From contig CM097885.1 in assembly GCA_044892525.1 (NCBI GenBank), positions 207,762,001 to 207,826,000 of the forward strand: a DNA stretch of 64,000 nt, read 5' to 3'. The notes under the pieces were generated by a model. It was not told where the DNA came from and searched no databases. It was given only the letters and a program-made list of their open reading frames with translations. Of the stretch, positions 37,757-48,436 are shown in pieces. Source of the DNA: Schmidtea polychroa (lineage: Eukaryota). The first letter of the stretch is position 1, and every line of letters starts with the position of its first letter. Both the position numbers and the translations under genes were made by a program.

Positions 37757-38011
37757 ATTATGGAATTTCTGTCGAATAATGTGAATTCACCGGGATTATC
37801 GATTTCAATTAGTGGGCGAATTAAATTGACTAATGCCTATCGAATCTTATCATAAATCACGATTAGAAAATAATAGAATTAAAGATATAAATAAAGTAAA
37901 TAATAGGGAAATAGAATAAAAACAAAATAAATTATAACGAATTAAAAGAAAATGTTTGATGAAATAACCATTAATTAGCTGTATATTATTTTTTTTTCTT
38001 TCTCAATAGAC

Positions 38012-38497
38012 ATGACGGAATTCGCAGAACAGATGCAACAATTAATTAATTTCATTAATATAGAAAACGACCCTATTAAAACACTCATACAAAAAGGAAA
38101 GCGAATCAACAGCATTTTACTCCAAGCAATCGGACATACACCAGTCGTACCTAACCACGTGTTATTGGCCGCAGGTTTAAGCCACTCAGATGAAAAGATA
38201 AATCACGAAACAGTATACCAATGGTACCTAAAACGACTAAAAAACCCGGCCCTAAATCTAGAATACGAGCGAATAAAAGATCAACTACATACAATATCAG
38301 AGGCAATCGAACAAAAGATACAAGAGAAACTCACCAAATTGCGAACCTGTCTGTCTTGCAATCTTCGCCCTATACGCATACTATTTTTACCTTGTGGACA
38401 CCTCAGTCATTGTGAAGAGTGCGTGAAAGATCTGAAACGATGTGCAATATGTAAAAATGGGATAAAAGAAACCCATATGGTTTATTACGGTGATTAA
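38012..38497 (+). CDS. IAP-type C-terminal RING finger protein without BIR domain
   Basis: RTCLSCNLRPIRILFLPCGHLSHCEECVKDLKRCAICKNGIKETHMVYY at the extreme C-terminus after a coiled segment, as in cIAP/XIAP; strong acceptor upstream, AATAAA downstream. Confidence 0.9.
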   Translation: MTEFAEQMQQLINFINIENDPIKTLIQKGKRINSILLQAIGHTPVVPNHVLLAAGLSHSDEKINHETVYQWYLKRLKNPALNLEYERIKDQLHTISEAIEQKIQEKLTKLRTCLSCNLRPIRILFLPCGHLSHCEECVKDLKRCAICKNGIKETHMVYYGD

Positions 38498-39057
38498 AAC
38501 GACTAACCAGATGCAGTGATGTATATGCGCACTAAATTGTTAAAAGACCTTTGAATACGAATATATGTACTTTTAAGTGTGAAATAACTTTAATGTTTAA
38601 TTTTAGTCTCAGAATAAATAAAAATTTTTTGTTGTTATGAATTAGATATTTTATCTCTTTTAATTATATCTTTGGTTATGAGATCGAATGGAGAAGAATA
38701 AAACTAACGTGGAATTAGTCCCAATATAGGCTGCAGGGGTACAAACCGAGCCACCTTCGGGCGGTACGTTTTATTGCAAGAACCCGTTGGGAGGGGATAA
38801 CTGATCAACCCAAGTAAGAAGCGTAGGGCGGGGTACCATCGCATATGATGAGAAGTTTCTACGACATGACTGATCACCATGCCAATGTAGAAATGGATCA
38901 TCGCGATCGTCGTGCGTTTTGAGCAAGGGGGGAAAGGGGAAACACTCTCAAGCGGTAAAGATTAAGTCGACAAATTAAAAGTAGACAGAGAAAATGGTAA
39001 TCTTGAGTAAAAGAGGAAAAGAGAAGTAGAAGCATGCAGAGTGAGGAATATTAAAGC

Positions 39058-39579
39058 TGAGCTGTTGAATAGTCCAGCCGGTCAAGGAAAATGAAAACTG
39101 AGCTGTGAAAAGTCCAGCCAGTTCGGAGATATTAAGATCGAGTTGTTGAATAGTCCAACCGATCAGAAGGAAGAAGATTGAGCTGTTGAATAGTGCCAGC
39201 CAGTCGTAAGATCGAGTTGTTGAATAGTCCAACCGATCAGAAGGAAGAAGATTGAGCTGTTGAATAGTGCCAGCCAGTCGTAAGATCGAGTTGTTGAATA
39301 GTCCAACCGATCAGAAGGAAGAAGATTGAGCTGTTGAATAGTGCCAGCCAGTCGTAAGATCGAGTTGTTGAATAGTCCAACCGATCAGAAGGAAGAAGAT
39401 TGAGCTGTTGAATAGTGCCAGCCAGTCGTAAGATCGAGTTGTTGAATAGTCCAACCGATCAGAAGGAAGAAGATTGAGCTGTTGAATAGTGCCAGCCAGA
39501 CGTAAGATCGAGTTGTTGAATAGTCCAACCGATCAGAAGGAAGAAGATTGAGCTGTTGAATAGTGCCAGCCAGTCGTAA
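39058..39579. repeat. 74-bp tandem array (6 copies) plus degenerate upstream units, in the leader of element B
   Basis: GAGTTGTTGAATAGTCC recurs at 39140, 39214, 39288, 39362, 39436 and 39510. Each unit has two sub-repeats sharing GAG(C/T)TGTTGAATAGT. Confidence 0.97.
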
Positions 39580-40947
39580 AGGCCTAGAAAAATGAGAAAT
39601 AGCAGTTAAGCTACAATGAGATAATATTTACAATTAATAGAGAAAGGGAATATTAAAGCTAGCTAGAAACAAATTGAATATAATTACGAAAATTTGAGTT
39701 TAGAGAGGAAATAAACGAGCTCGGGGAAAAGATAATAAAATTATAATGAAAAAGGAAGGAGAAGAAGAAAATGAATTAAAGAAATAATGAGAAAATAAAG
39801 AATAGGTGAAATGGAGATAATGAGTAGAAGAAGAAAGTAACTAGCTAATTAAAGGGATCCCAGTGAAGTAGAGAAACTCTACTGAATTTTTTTTTTGGGT
39901 AAACCGGGAAAATGTATTTTTATCGGTTCCAGAGTAGAACCGAGTGGGATAATAGTAAATATGAAAAGTAAAACAGCGACAACAGCGCAAAGGAATAAGA
40001 AAACGAAGGGGGGTAATAAGCAGAGACCGACAACGACCTATTTTTACTATAATTGATAACGAATAGATAATTATTACGACTTTATAGATAATTGTTACTA
40101 CCCCATATAGATAATTTAAAATCGACGGAAAATACGGGCTGATGGGAAATTATAACCCGCAGAAAGGATTTCACAAAAGATAGGGGAAGCACAAACAGAA
40201 ACCTAAAAGGTGTCTGTTTTTGAATGTTGTAGAAAGAATGATGAAGTCGTGTAAGCAAATGCAACACGAGATCATTTTTTCATTTTAGATATCAAGCCAA
40301 TCCAGTCAACCAAGACAATCCAGAACCTGCACAAAAGGAATTCGAAGAAATCGACAATCAACCAAGGATAAATCCATTCAGAACCCGCACCGAGAGACAC
40401 AGCAACCGGAAGACTCCAGAACGGAAGAAGATACAGATAGCGACATCTCCAACTTCGAACGAATCATCGATATATTCAACCTCATAGTATTAGCAGCCAT
40501 CTGCCAAGGATTAGTAAATCTCCTCAGGATCTCAGTAGCAGATTCATACAGAATATTTATCGAAGGAAACACAATCAGAACCGAACTCGTCCAATTCAAT
40601 AGCCGCTAATTACCAAGAAGCGTAAGAAAGGAATCACGGATAAACCCAATCTTAGATCTTCAAGTAAGCCAGGAGACGTATTATTTTCAGGAGACGAATT
40701 ACAACAACTCAAAAGAGGACGATCTATTAAACATCAAAGAGGAATATCACAAGGAGCAAGAAGAACCAATCAAGTACCCATATTTGACCAAGAAAATCTC
40801 GGATATACCCCTAGTCGATCTCGAAGTAGAGAAAGTCTGTCCGATATCACTAATAGTTTAGCAACGTCAACCGAGGAATTATCAGCCCAAAGTTTAGTCA
40901 CATCGTTAGACAATTTAAAAGAAACAGACGAACCTAGAACACCAATC

Positions 40948-43152
40948 ATGACGAATGTCGTAAAAACCGACGAGTATAAAGAGAAGTTCAGAGGAGAACC
41001 GTTCAATGGAAATGCAAACAAGTTAGCAACGTTCATAACTAATTTTGAAGTTTATATCACTGTGTGTGGATGGACATCCGAAGCAATTAGTAAAAGGATG
41101 CCGTTGTTTTTGTGCGATAGTGCATTAGAAGTATATTTAGAAGCTAAAGAGAGAGACACGAAATTAGAAAAGTGGGAAGATATTAAAACATTCCTGAAGA
41201 AAACCTTCGGAGCCAGTAAGCCAATCAACCAGGCGTTGGGCGAACTAGCAAATAGGAAACAAAGAGCAAACGAATCGATAACATTATATGCCAGTGAATT
41301 GCGGAGATTAGCGAAGAAAGCAATGAATGGAAAATTACCCGAAGAAAATCTGATCGGTTATTTCATAGAGGGATTACGCCGAGAAGAAGTAAGAGCCTCA
41401 GTAGGTTGTCAAATGTGCAAAACATTAGAGGAAGCCATAGATTGGGCTACAAGATGCGAGCTCCACCTCCCAGCTCAAATAAATATTATGCAAGAAGAGG
41501 GAAGGATAGCGACAGCAATAGCGAAAGCGGATAACGGAGATAACAACAATCAAGAACCGAAAATGAATCAATTTATACCAGGAGCGCATCAAATTTTCAA
41601 ACCACCACAAGGACGATCAAATGGGAATAATGGTAATCGTAACAACCTGAATAATGAGAACAATTTTAATAATCGACGAAATACGAACGATAACAAGCAG
41701 TGCCGAACATGCGGTAAACCAGGACACTGGGACAGAGATTGCTATAGAAATTCAAATTGTAATCGTTGCGGACGGCGTGGACATACCGAAAATGTATGCC
41801 AATTGAGAGGTTGTTTTAACTGTGGTCAGCCAGGTCACATCTCCAGAGATTGCCGAGAAAGGGGCCAACAACAACGACCACCACAGCGAAATAATAATTA
41901 TATGGCGAATCCGCAACGACAAAGCAACCCTAGCGAAGGAAAACAAATGAACGTTATGCAGGAAATCTCGCAGATGAAACAGATGATGCAACAAATGATG
42001 AGGCCAAGACAAGAATCAGCACCCCAACAAACCCAGAATATACGTATGATGAGGAGTACCGAAAATCCCAACAATTATGAAGTGCATCAACATGTACAAG
42101 AATGGCAAAGGCTACAGGCCGAGGAAGAGAGGATAAAACAAGAACGCAACCAACAACGACAAGAACAACCATTGCGAATAAATATGATGAAGTTAGTAAA
42201 AGACATGAAGAGCCAGTATTGCTACAATTACGGGAAAAACCCAAGGGTAGTACCCATGACTGAACCAGAAAAGGTAAAAGAAACAACCACGGAAATGAAA
42301 ACAGAGAATTCAACCACGATTTTAAAAGGAAACCAGAGAATTCAGAAAATATTCTGGAAAAAGATAAAAGATAAAATCGAAAAAGAACATAATAAAGCGA
42401 AAACCGAGACAGAAGATGAAAATAACAAGAGCAAGGAACAAACCAGTCAACTAAACCACCAAATGCTACAGGAATTAGAATCAGAAGAAACAACGATATT
42501 TGAAAGAAAGAAACTAAAGAGAGTACCAAGGATGAGAAATTTGCAAATCAATATGATGAAAAGGACAAAAGATGTAGCATCGTCAGACGAAGAAGAAGAC
42601 TATGTAAGTAGTTTGGGTGGAGAAATACTACAGCTAAATGAAATAAGCGAACCTCCAAAAGGGGAAATCAAAGAGGAAGAAAGCGAAAGCGAGATAACCA
42701 GTGGAAGTGAAGACGAGGATGTCGAAATAAAGTTGAGAAAAGCAGGGGAGGAAGCGATAAAACAGCTAGCCGAAATACTCCCAGTAGTAGTGAGGAACCA
42801 AGAGTTCATCGACGTAATTCCATTCAGGCGATTCGTGCAAAAAGTGATGAAATTGGAAAGAAACGAGAAAGATCTAATACCAAACGAGGAAAAATCAATT
42901 ATAAAAAAGTATATGGAAAAAATGAAGCAGGCCGATACCACGCGGTATGTAATAAAAATTGGAACGAGTAGAGGACTTGAAAGAATGTGGATAAAAAATA
43001 CAGTCACCGACGAACTTTTCGATTGGATACGAGAACATTTGGGAAGTTCGAGAAAGAAAGAATATCTGTATCAATACCAAGGTGAACAGATCAAACCAGA
43101 TATGCACTTAGTAGATGCACTGAAATGGCCAGGAAATACTGAAGTTGCATAA
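40948..43152 (+). CDS. gag: Element B Gag (capsid, three CCHC knuckles, Q-rich and acidic extension, C-terminal Ubl-like domain)
   Basis: FNGNANKLATFITNFE...RKQRANESITLYASELRRLA...FIEGL; CRTC..GHWDRDC, CNRC..GHTENVC, CFNC..GHISRDC. The frame is open upstream to ~40603. Confidence 0.95.
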   Translation: MTNVVKTDEYKEKFRGEPFNGNANKLATFITNFEVYITVCGWTSEAISKRMPLFLCDSALEVYLEAKERDTKLEKWEDIKTFLKKTFGASKPINQALGELANRKQRANESITLYASELRRLAKKAMNGKLPEENLIGYFIEGLRREEVRASVGCQMCKTLEEAIDWATRCELHLPAQINIMQEEGRIATAIAKADNGDNNNQEPKMNQFIPGAHQIFKPPQGRSNGNNGNRNNLNNENNFNNRRNTNDNKQCRTCGKPGHWDRDCYRNSNCNRCGRRGHTENVCQLRGCFNCGQPGHISRDCRERGQQQRPPQRNNNYMANPQRQSNPSEGKQMNVMQEISQMKQMMQQMMRPRQESAPQQTQNIRMMRSTENPNNYEVHQHVQEWQRLQAEEERIKQERNQQRQEQPLRINMMKLVKDMKSQYCYNYGKNPRVVPMTEPEKVKETTTEMKTENSTTILKGNQRIQKIFWKKIKDKIEKEHNKAKTETEDENNKSKEQTSQLNHQMLQELESEETTIFERKKLKRVPRMRNLQINMMKRTKDVASSDEEEDYVSSLGGEILQLNEISEPPKGEIKEEESESEITSGSEDEDVEIKLRKAGEEAIKQLAEILPVVVRNQEFIDVIPFRRFVQKVMKLERNEKDLIPNEEKSIIKKYMEKMKQADTTRYVIKIGTSRGLERMWIKNTVTDELFDWIREHLGSSRKKEYLYQYQGEQIKPDMHLVDALKWPGNTEVA

Positions 43153-46100
43153 AGAAAAACAACCAGCCAACCTTTACGATTGGGCTAAAGATGCCAAGGC
43201 AGAATATGATTTTAATATCAAATTGAAATTAGAACAAATAAAACAATGTACTCTGAGACGAAACCTGGATAAGCTGATCAAACAAATTCAAGAACAAGTA
43301 GAAGACAACTGGGATTTACTCATCACCAGACGAGCCCCAGCCATGTACGAACTAATGAGCCGGTTGCGAGATACAGAAATGCTCCGAATGAGTGATTGGA
43401 GAACCATAAATTTGATCCACAAATATGGAAGGTTAAAAGAAACCCAGCCACAGAGGTTGGAAATAACCATATGGTTACCGAACGAAGAGAAACGACGAAT
43501 AAAAATGAGCAATCAGAGTACAGTAGATGACTTGGTATCAAAAATAAACCAAGAGATAACGGAAAAGGTACGTAGCGAAAGTAGTGATGGTATGGTGGAT
43601 GATGTAGTCATGATGTACGATAAAATAATATTACGAGCGGAGGACGACACCTCGTTAAGCGAAATGGGTATGTGGGACAATCATCAGATAATCAGGATAG
43701 TACCAATGGATGAATTCCGAACAAGAGATGTAACCTATCAAAAAGAAATACGAGACCGGATGAAAACGTTATATCAAAAATCTACAGAAATAATTGAAAT
43801 CCACCAACAATGGTTAAAAGAAAAAGAGCTACAAGGAAAAATCACGAAATTAAATACCAGATCCTGCAGACGAACCCCATGGGAAAGAGTGTGGAATGCA
43901 GAAAATAAGGAATGGGAAATCCGGAAAGGGATCTTCGTAGAAACAGACATTGGTGAGACAGAAAGTGAATCGGAGGAAGAAGAAGAGGAATTTCCAGAAT
44001 ATGAAGAGGAAGCAAGGGAACAGACATCAGATGACGAAGGCGAGACGGATGTCACATCAGAAAGCGAAAATGAAGCGAGACATATTCATGCAATGAGGAA
44101 AAAGGAACGTGAATATGCTGATATGGACGGCGAGGAAGCAATAGAAGCAAGAGAGCGAGAAGAGAAAGAAAGATATAAACAATTAGGCGATATTTTAGCA
44201 ATGGGAGCGAAAAATCAAAAACGCCAGGTAGTAGCGTTGGCTAATATCATCTTAAAAACATCAGAGAATATCCACAATCTGAGAGGAATGGCAAAGGCAA
44301 TAGAGGAATACCGGCAATATAATGAATGGTATCCAGAACAGCTAGAACAAATTATTCGAAAATGGAGAAATCAGGAATGGGCACAAGACACTCAGGAGAG
44401 GTATCACATCCGAATCAAGTATCCGGACAAGAGCATCGAGGAACTAGAGGTACATCCAACAACAAAAATTAGAGAATTAAAAAAGAAATTAGCATATGAA
44501 ACTCCATTCCATCTGCAACTATTCGGAAAATCACTAGACGATAATGCAGACGTCGGGATAACACCCATGAGATTGGAAGAGACAAATGTATTAACAATGG
44601 CAGAAACGTTGGGGAAACCGTTAAAAAGGAAAAGTAAAATTACTAAACCAACAAAAGGCAGTTTGAGTACTCCAAGTCCGAACAAAGCACCAAGTAAATC
44701 TAATGAAACTGAAGAAGTTGAAGAGATCATCCTGGAAGATAGTGACGATGAACCAGGAGAAAGATCACCGCTATTAGTGAGATGGCCGACAGGAGCCGAA
44801 ATGTGGACTAATAACCAGCCATCAACGAGTTATCAACAACCAACGAAACTGAACATCAAAGAAATCATCGACAATACTACGGAAACCGAAACGGATGAAC
44901 AATTCCAGAAGCAAAGAGAACCAACGAAAGTAACACCAGAAGGTCAAACCGATAAAATAATAGACGAATGGAATGAGTGGCTAAGAAATAGCGATAGCTC
45001 ATTACCCAGAACGGATAACGAAAGAAACCCGAATTACGAAAATACCAGAGAAGCCGGAACGATGATGGAAAAACGGGCAAAAGGAAGACCTAAGAAACAA
45101 GGAGAAAAATCTGAGTTCAAAACCAAAGAACAATTAAAGCAAGAACAAGGGCAAGTTCGATTAGAAAAATTGGATAAAATAGTATGGGATCTAAAGGAAG
45201 CCCAACCAACGACCGAAAGAGGAGAAAAATGGATACGAGAATTGATCAAAGATATGTTAATAATAACAAACCCACAACTTAGACGTTCGTGGCAACGGAA
45301 AGTAGCCAGCACGGAAGCTAGACAATTATGGCACACCATTTCGGGGATAATCCCAAAGTTAATCAAAGAGAAAACGAAAACCACCAAAACGGATTGGGAC
45401 GAAACAAAGAGAGTGATTGAGCAGCTCACGACAAATGCAAATGATGACGAACATCATCTAGTGGTAATCACGTATTTGATGTATAATTTGATGGGACTAG
45501 CTGCGAGGAAAATACCAAATAAACAGTTTGCAAATCATGTGGAAATGACCGTTTCGATCATAGAGAATACTATTGAACCACATATTATTCGTGCAGGAGG
45601 ATGGAAAAGACTGATACAAGCGCCACGAAAAAATGAGCAAGAAAGGTCGATGCAAGTTAGATTGAAAAAACTGTTAAATGAACTAGAATGGGAACTACCG
45701 ATGAAAGATCTCGCAAGCAGAAAAGCATCAATAAATTCGTTAATGATGACTATGATGATATGGATGTTGTGCACCAGTGGAGCAACGGGTTTTACCATCT
45801 ACGATTGTGATAATATGATAATGAGAGATAAATACTCATTGAGAAACATAGAAGAATGCAGACAAGCCTCACCCAACAAATTGGACATCGTGAGAACAAA
45901 AGTTACTTACCATGTATATCAAGAATCAGATTTCATCAGAACGCAAGCAAGGGAATGCGTAGTATCAAAAAAGGTACTCGCATATTACTGTGGACAATAT
46001 TCGTATTCGACTCTTATACTACCCGGTCTGGATAAAGAAATCGTATCAATACAACGAGAGGACTGTAAAGAGCTATTTAGAACCGGAGCGCTAAAAATGC

Positions 46101-47152
46101 ATAACGGAGTGACGATTCACGGACAAACTGGAATGATTAAAACCGAAAGTGTTTACGTATCCGGAAAAGTAAAATCATCAGATGGGTCATGTAACGGAGG
46201 TACGTATACAATCCGAGGCGAGGTAATATCAGGAGTAGTAGTGATCGAGTCTTATACGGTTGAATTAAAAGAATACGAAGCGCAATTTGACGCAAATAAT
46301 TATCAGACGAAGACCAACCCAGCGTGTAAAGCTACAGAAAACGTATGCAGGACAGGAGTATCAACTATAATCTATGATGCTAATACCCAAAAATGCCGAC
46401 TCCAACTGTTAAAAAGTGCTTTGTTCAATGAAGTAAAAGGAGAAATTTACGAGAACGAGAACGACGAGGATGGAAACGACAGAGTGAGAATGCGAAATGG
46501 AAAACCGATGCCACCATCTCCCAGAGAAAAGAGACTTTCAACGCAGAAGACACCAACAGCATTAATCACAGACGATCCAGATCTAGGTATGAGATTTATC
46601 AAAGAGAAAGAAACCACCAAATGTGACAGTATAGTATATAAAACCAATTACGCAGGTATCTACATGTCGAGACAAATAATCGATAGAGCAGTGGGAAAGA
46701 TAGCAACGGAGGACGTAAAACTATACTTATATGCAAATAATAAAATGGATTTTCTATTTCATCGTGGACAAACGACCTTGCAAAAAGTATATTACGATCT
46801 GATACAAAACGATTGTTCATTGAATAAAGAAATATTGAAAACAAAGCTAGCTATTGCGATAACGCACCCCGATAACACGATGCCATCACTCCCACTACCA
46901 GACGGACATTTTGGTAGAATGGTAGGAGAAGTGATGTACACATACCAGTGTACCAAGACGTATGCACGAATGCCGGAAAAATCCATACTACCCGAAAAGA
47001 GATGTGCAAATGAATTAGAAATTCGTTATAAAGGACAAAATCGATTCGTCCAACCAGTCACTAGAATTATGAATCCAGTGGGTTTCTACCCAAATCTCTT
47101 TAACTGTTCTAATGCATACGGACCTTTGTATGAAAGACCCGATGGGAAATGA
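43145..47152 (+). CDS. Element B polyprotein segment: 2x Ubl, AT-hook, Bcl-2-like domain, signal peptide, class III-type glycoprotein ectodomain
   Basis: YHIRIKYPDKSIEELEVHPTTKIRELKKKL...LFGKSLDD (Ubl); KGRPKK; IEPHIIRAGGWKRL (BH2-like); GFTIYDCDN...YYCG...DGSCNGG...GEVMYTYQC...FVQPVTRI. +1 frame relative to gag; no ATG start. Confidence 0.88.
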   Translation: MHKEKQPANLYDWAKDAKAEYDFNIKLKLEQIKQCTLRRNLDKLIKQIQEQVEDNWDLLITRRAPAMYELMSRLRDTEMLRMSDWRTINLIHKYGRLKETQPQRLEITIWLPNEEKRRIKMSNQSTVDDLVSKINQEITEKVRSESSDGMVDDVVMMYDKIILRAEDDTSLSEMGMWDNHQIIRIVPMDEFRTRDVTYQKEIRDRMKTLYQKSTEIIEIHQQWLKEKELQGKITKLNTRSCRRTPWERVWNAENKEWEIRKGIFVETDIGETESESEEEEEEFPEYEEEAREQTSDDEGETDVTSESENEARHIHAMRKKEREYADMDGEEAIEAREREEKERYKQLGDILAMGAKNQKRQVVALANIILKTSENIHNLRGMAKAIEEYRQYNEWYPEQLEQIIRKWRNQEWAQDTQERYHIRIKYPDKSIEELEVHPTTKIRELKKKLAYETPFHLQLFGKSLDDNADVGITPMRLEETNVLTMAETLGKPLKRKSKITKPTKGSLSTPSPNKAPSKSNETEEVEEIILEDSDDEPGERSPLLVRWPTGAEMWTNNQPSTSYQQPTKLNIKEIIDNTTETETDEQFQKQREPTKVTPEGQTDKIIDEWNEWLRNSDSSLPRTDNERNPNYENTREAGTMMEKRAKGRPKKQGEKSEFKTKEQLKQEQGQVRLEKLDKIVWDLKEAQPTTERGEKWIRELIKDMLIITNPQLRRSWQRKVASTEARQLWHTISGIIPKLIKEKTKTTKTDWDETKRVIEQLTTNANDDEHHLVVITYLMYNLMGLAARKIPNKQFANHVEMTVSIIENTIEPHIIRAGGWKRLIQAPRKNEQERSMQVRLKKLLNELEWELPMKDLASRKASINSLMMTMMIWMLCTSGATGFTIYDCDNMIMRDKYSLRNIEECRQASPNKLDIVRTKVTYHVYQESDFIRTQARECVVSKKVLAYYCGQYSYSTLILPGLDKEIVSIQREDCKELFRTGALKMHNGVTIHGQTGMIKTESVYVSGKVKSSDGSCNGGTYTIRGEVISGVVVIESYTVELKEYEAQFDANNYQTKTNPACKATENVCRTGVSTIIYDANTQKCRLQLLKSALFNEVKGEIYENENDEDGNDRVRMRNGKPMPPSPREKRLSTQKTPTALITDDPDLGMRFIKEKETTKCDSIVYKTNYAGIYMSRQIIDRAVGKIATEDVKLYLYANNKMDFLFHRGQTTLQKVYYDLIQNDCSLNKEILKTKLAIAITHPDNTMPSLPLPDGHFGRMVGEVMYTYQCTKTYARMPEKSILPEKRCANELEIRYKGQNRFVQPVTRIMNPVGFYPNLFNCSNAYGPLYERPDGK

Positions 47153-48436
47153 TGATGTTACCGGGAAAAACCATATCCGAGGAACCCAAGAAATTTGGAT
47201 TAATAGAACTCGCCACAGAGCTGGATTTCAAACCTATAGACGTGTCAAACGGTGGTATGTATTCCCCAGAAGATCTAGAAACAGCACGACTTAACGTACT
47301 CTTCCCAGCCAGACGAGAATCCATTTTGTCTAATATGGTAACAATAACTGGGGGCACAAACTATCAATCAGGCCCGAATTACGAGCTGCTATTATCGCCA
47401 GACCATTTTCAACAAGCTACGTCAAACATGATGAAAGCAATGTGGGGAAGATTCTTAGTTTTTGGACAAATGATGGCCGGGATATTAGGGATCATACTCA
47501 TAATTCAGATAGTTAGAGTAATACTAACACAAATGTTAGCTTGTTTCGACATATACAAGCGGGAAAAGAAAGTTAACTGGAAAATGATAGTAGGTTTCTT
47601 ACCATTTTTAGCTAAAACCATGGTATTACATGGTCACTCAAAAGACATTCATCGGATAAAGCGATTGATTAAAATATTGACAAAGATTAAAGGAACCGAC
47701 GAAGAAGTAGGCAGACGATTCCGGAAAGTAATGTACGATGAAGCAACAAGACGACAATTGAAAAAGAATAAGCCAAAATTCTTGGACCGATTTAGAAGCC
47801 AATCATCTAACAGCGATAGTGACGACGATGATAACGGGAACGATAAATGTCTTTATCCAAACAGAAACCCAAACGAAAAACCAATGGAAACGGCACCATA
47901 TTGGGAAAAGGAAAAGACAAACACCTGGATCGCCAATGGAAGCTATATACCACCGGATATCGTGGGACCACAAGCAGCTTTGACCATGACACAAAATATG
48001 TATCCGCAATTACCGAGTCAACCCGGTATGCATTATATGCCGACACGACGTACCAAAAGTGTAGATCAAGCAGATGACGTGAGAACAATCGCAGCGATGA
48101 GTCTACCTGGAGGTCCAGCAGTAACAGTCATGATCCAAATCAATGGTAAAGAAACCAATGCTATGATAGACACAGGAGCTAATGTATCAGCGATATCGAT
48201 TAATCAAATCCCCAGTAAACACTGGAAAGATATCGAATCAACAACAATTCACATCATGTAGTAAAGAAACAGTGGACGTGGTCGGAAGATGGTGGACTAC
48301 ATTGAGATACCAGGACAACGAAATTGAAACGTATTTGGCAGTAATACCAAAACTTAGCGTACCATGCATAATCGGAACGGACCTGATGCCAGAATTATTA
48401 AAAGAAGTCGTAATAGACTTAACATTGTTAAGTTAA
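47149..48436 (+). pseudogene. Element B polyprotein segment: glycoprotein TM anchor, cytoplasmic linker, aspartic protease (frameshifted)
   Basis: TM FGQMMAGILGIILIIQIVRVIL; AMIDTGA (48169). The C-terminal half of the protease (CIIGTDLM) lies in the +1 frame 48255-48436. Confidence 0.88.

Noticed and set aside
39133-39579. CRISPR-like appearance of the repeat array
   Set aside because: The intervening sequences are identical rather than unique spacers, no cas genes are present, and the context is eukaryotic.
40289-40609. ATG-less 106-codon frame with a hydrophobic stretch upstream of gag B
   Set aside because: It begins at a possible acceptor, but I could not identify a start codon or upstream exon, so it is not called as a gene.
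47140-47160. Programmed -1 frameshift within the glycoprotein of B
   Set aside because: No X XXY YYZ slippery site; element A reads through the homologous W-I-S-L-P segment in one frame, so a 1-bp loss is simpler.
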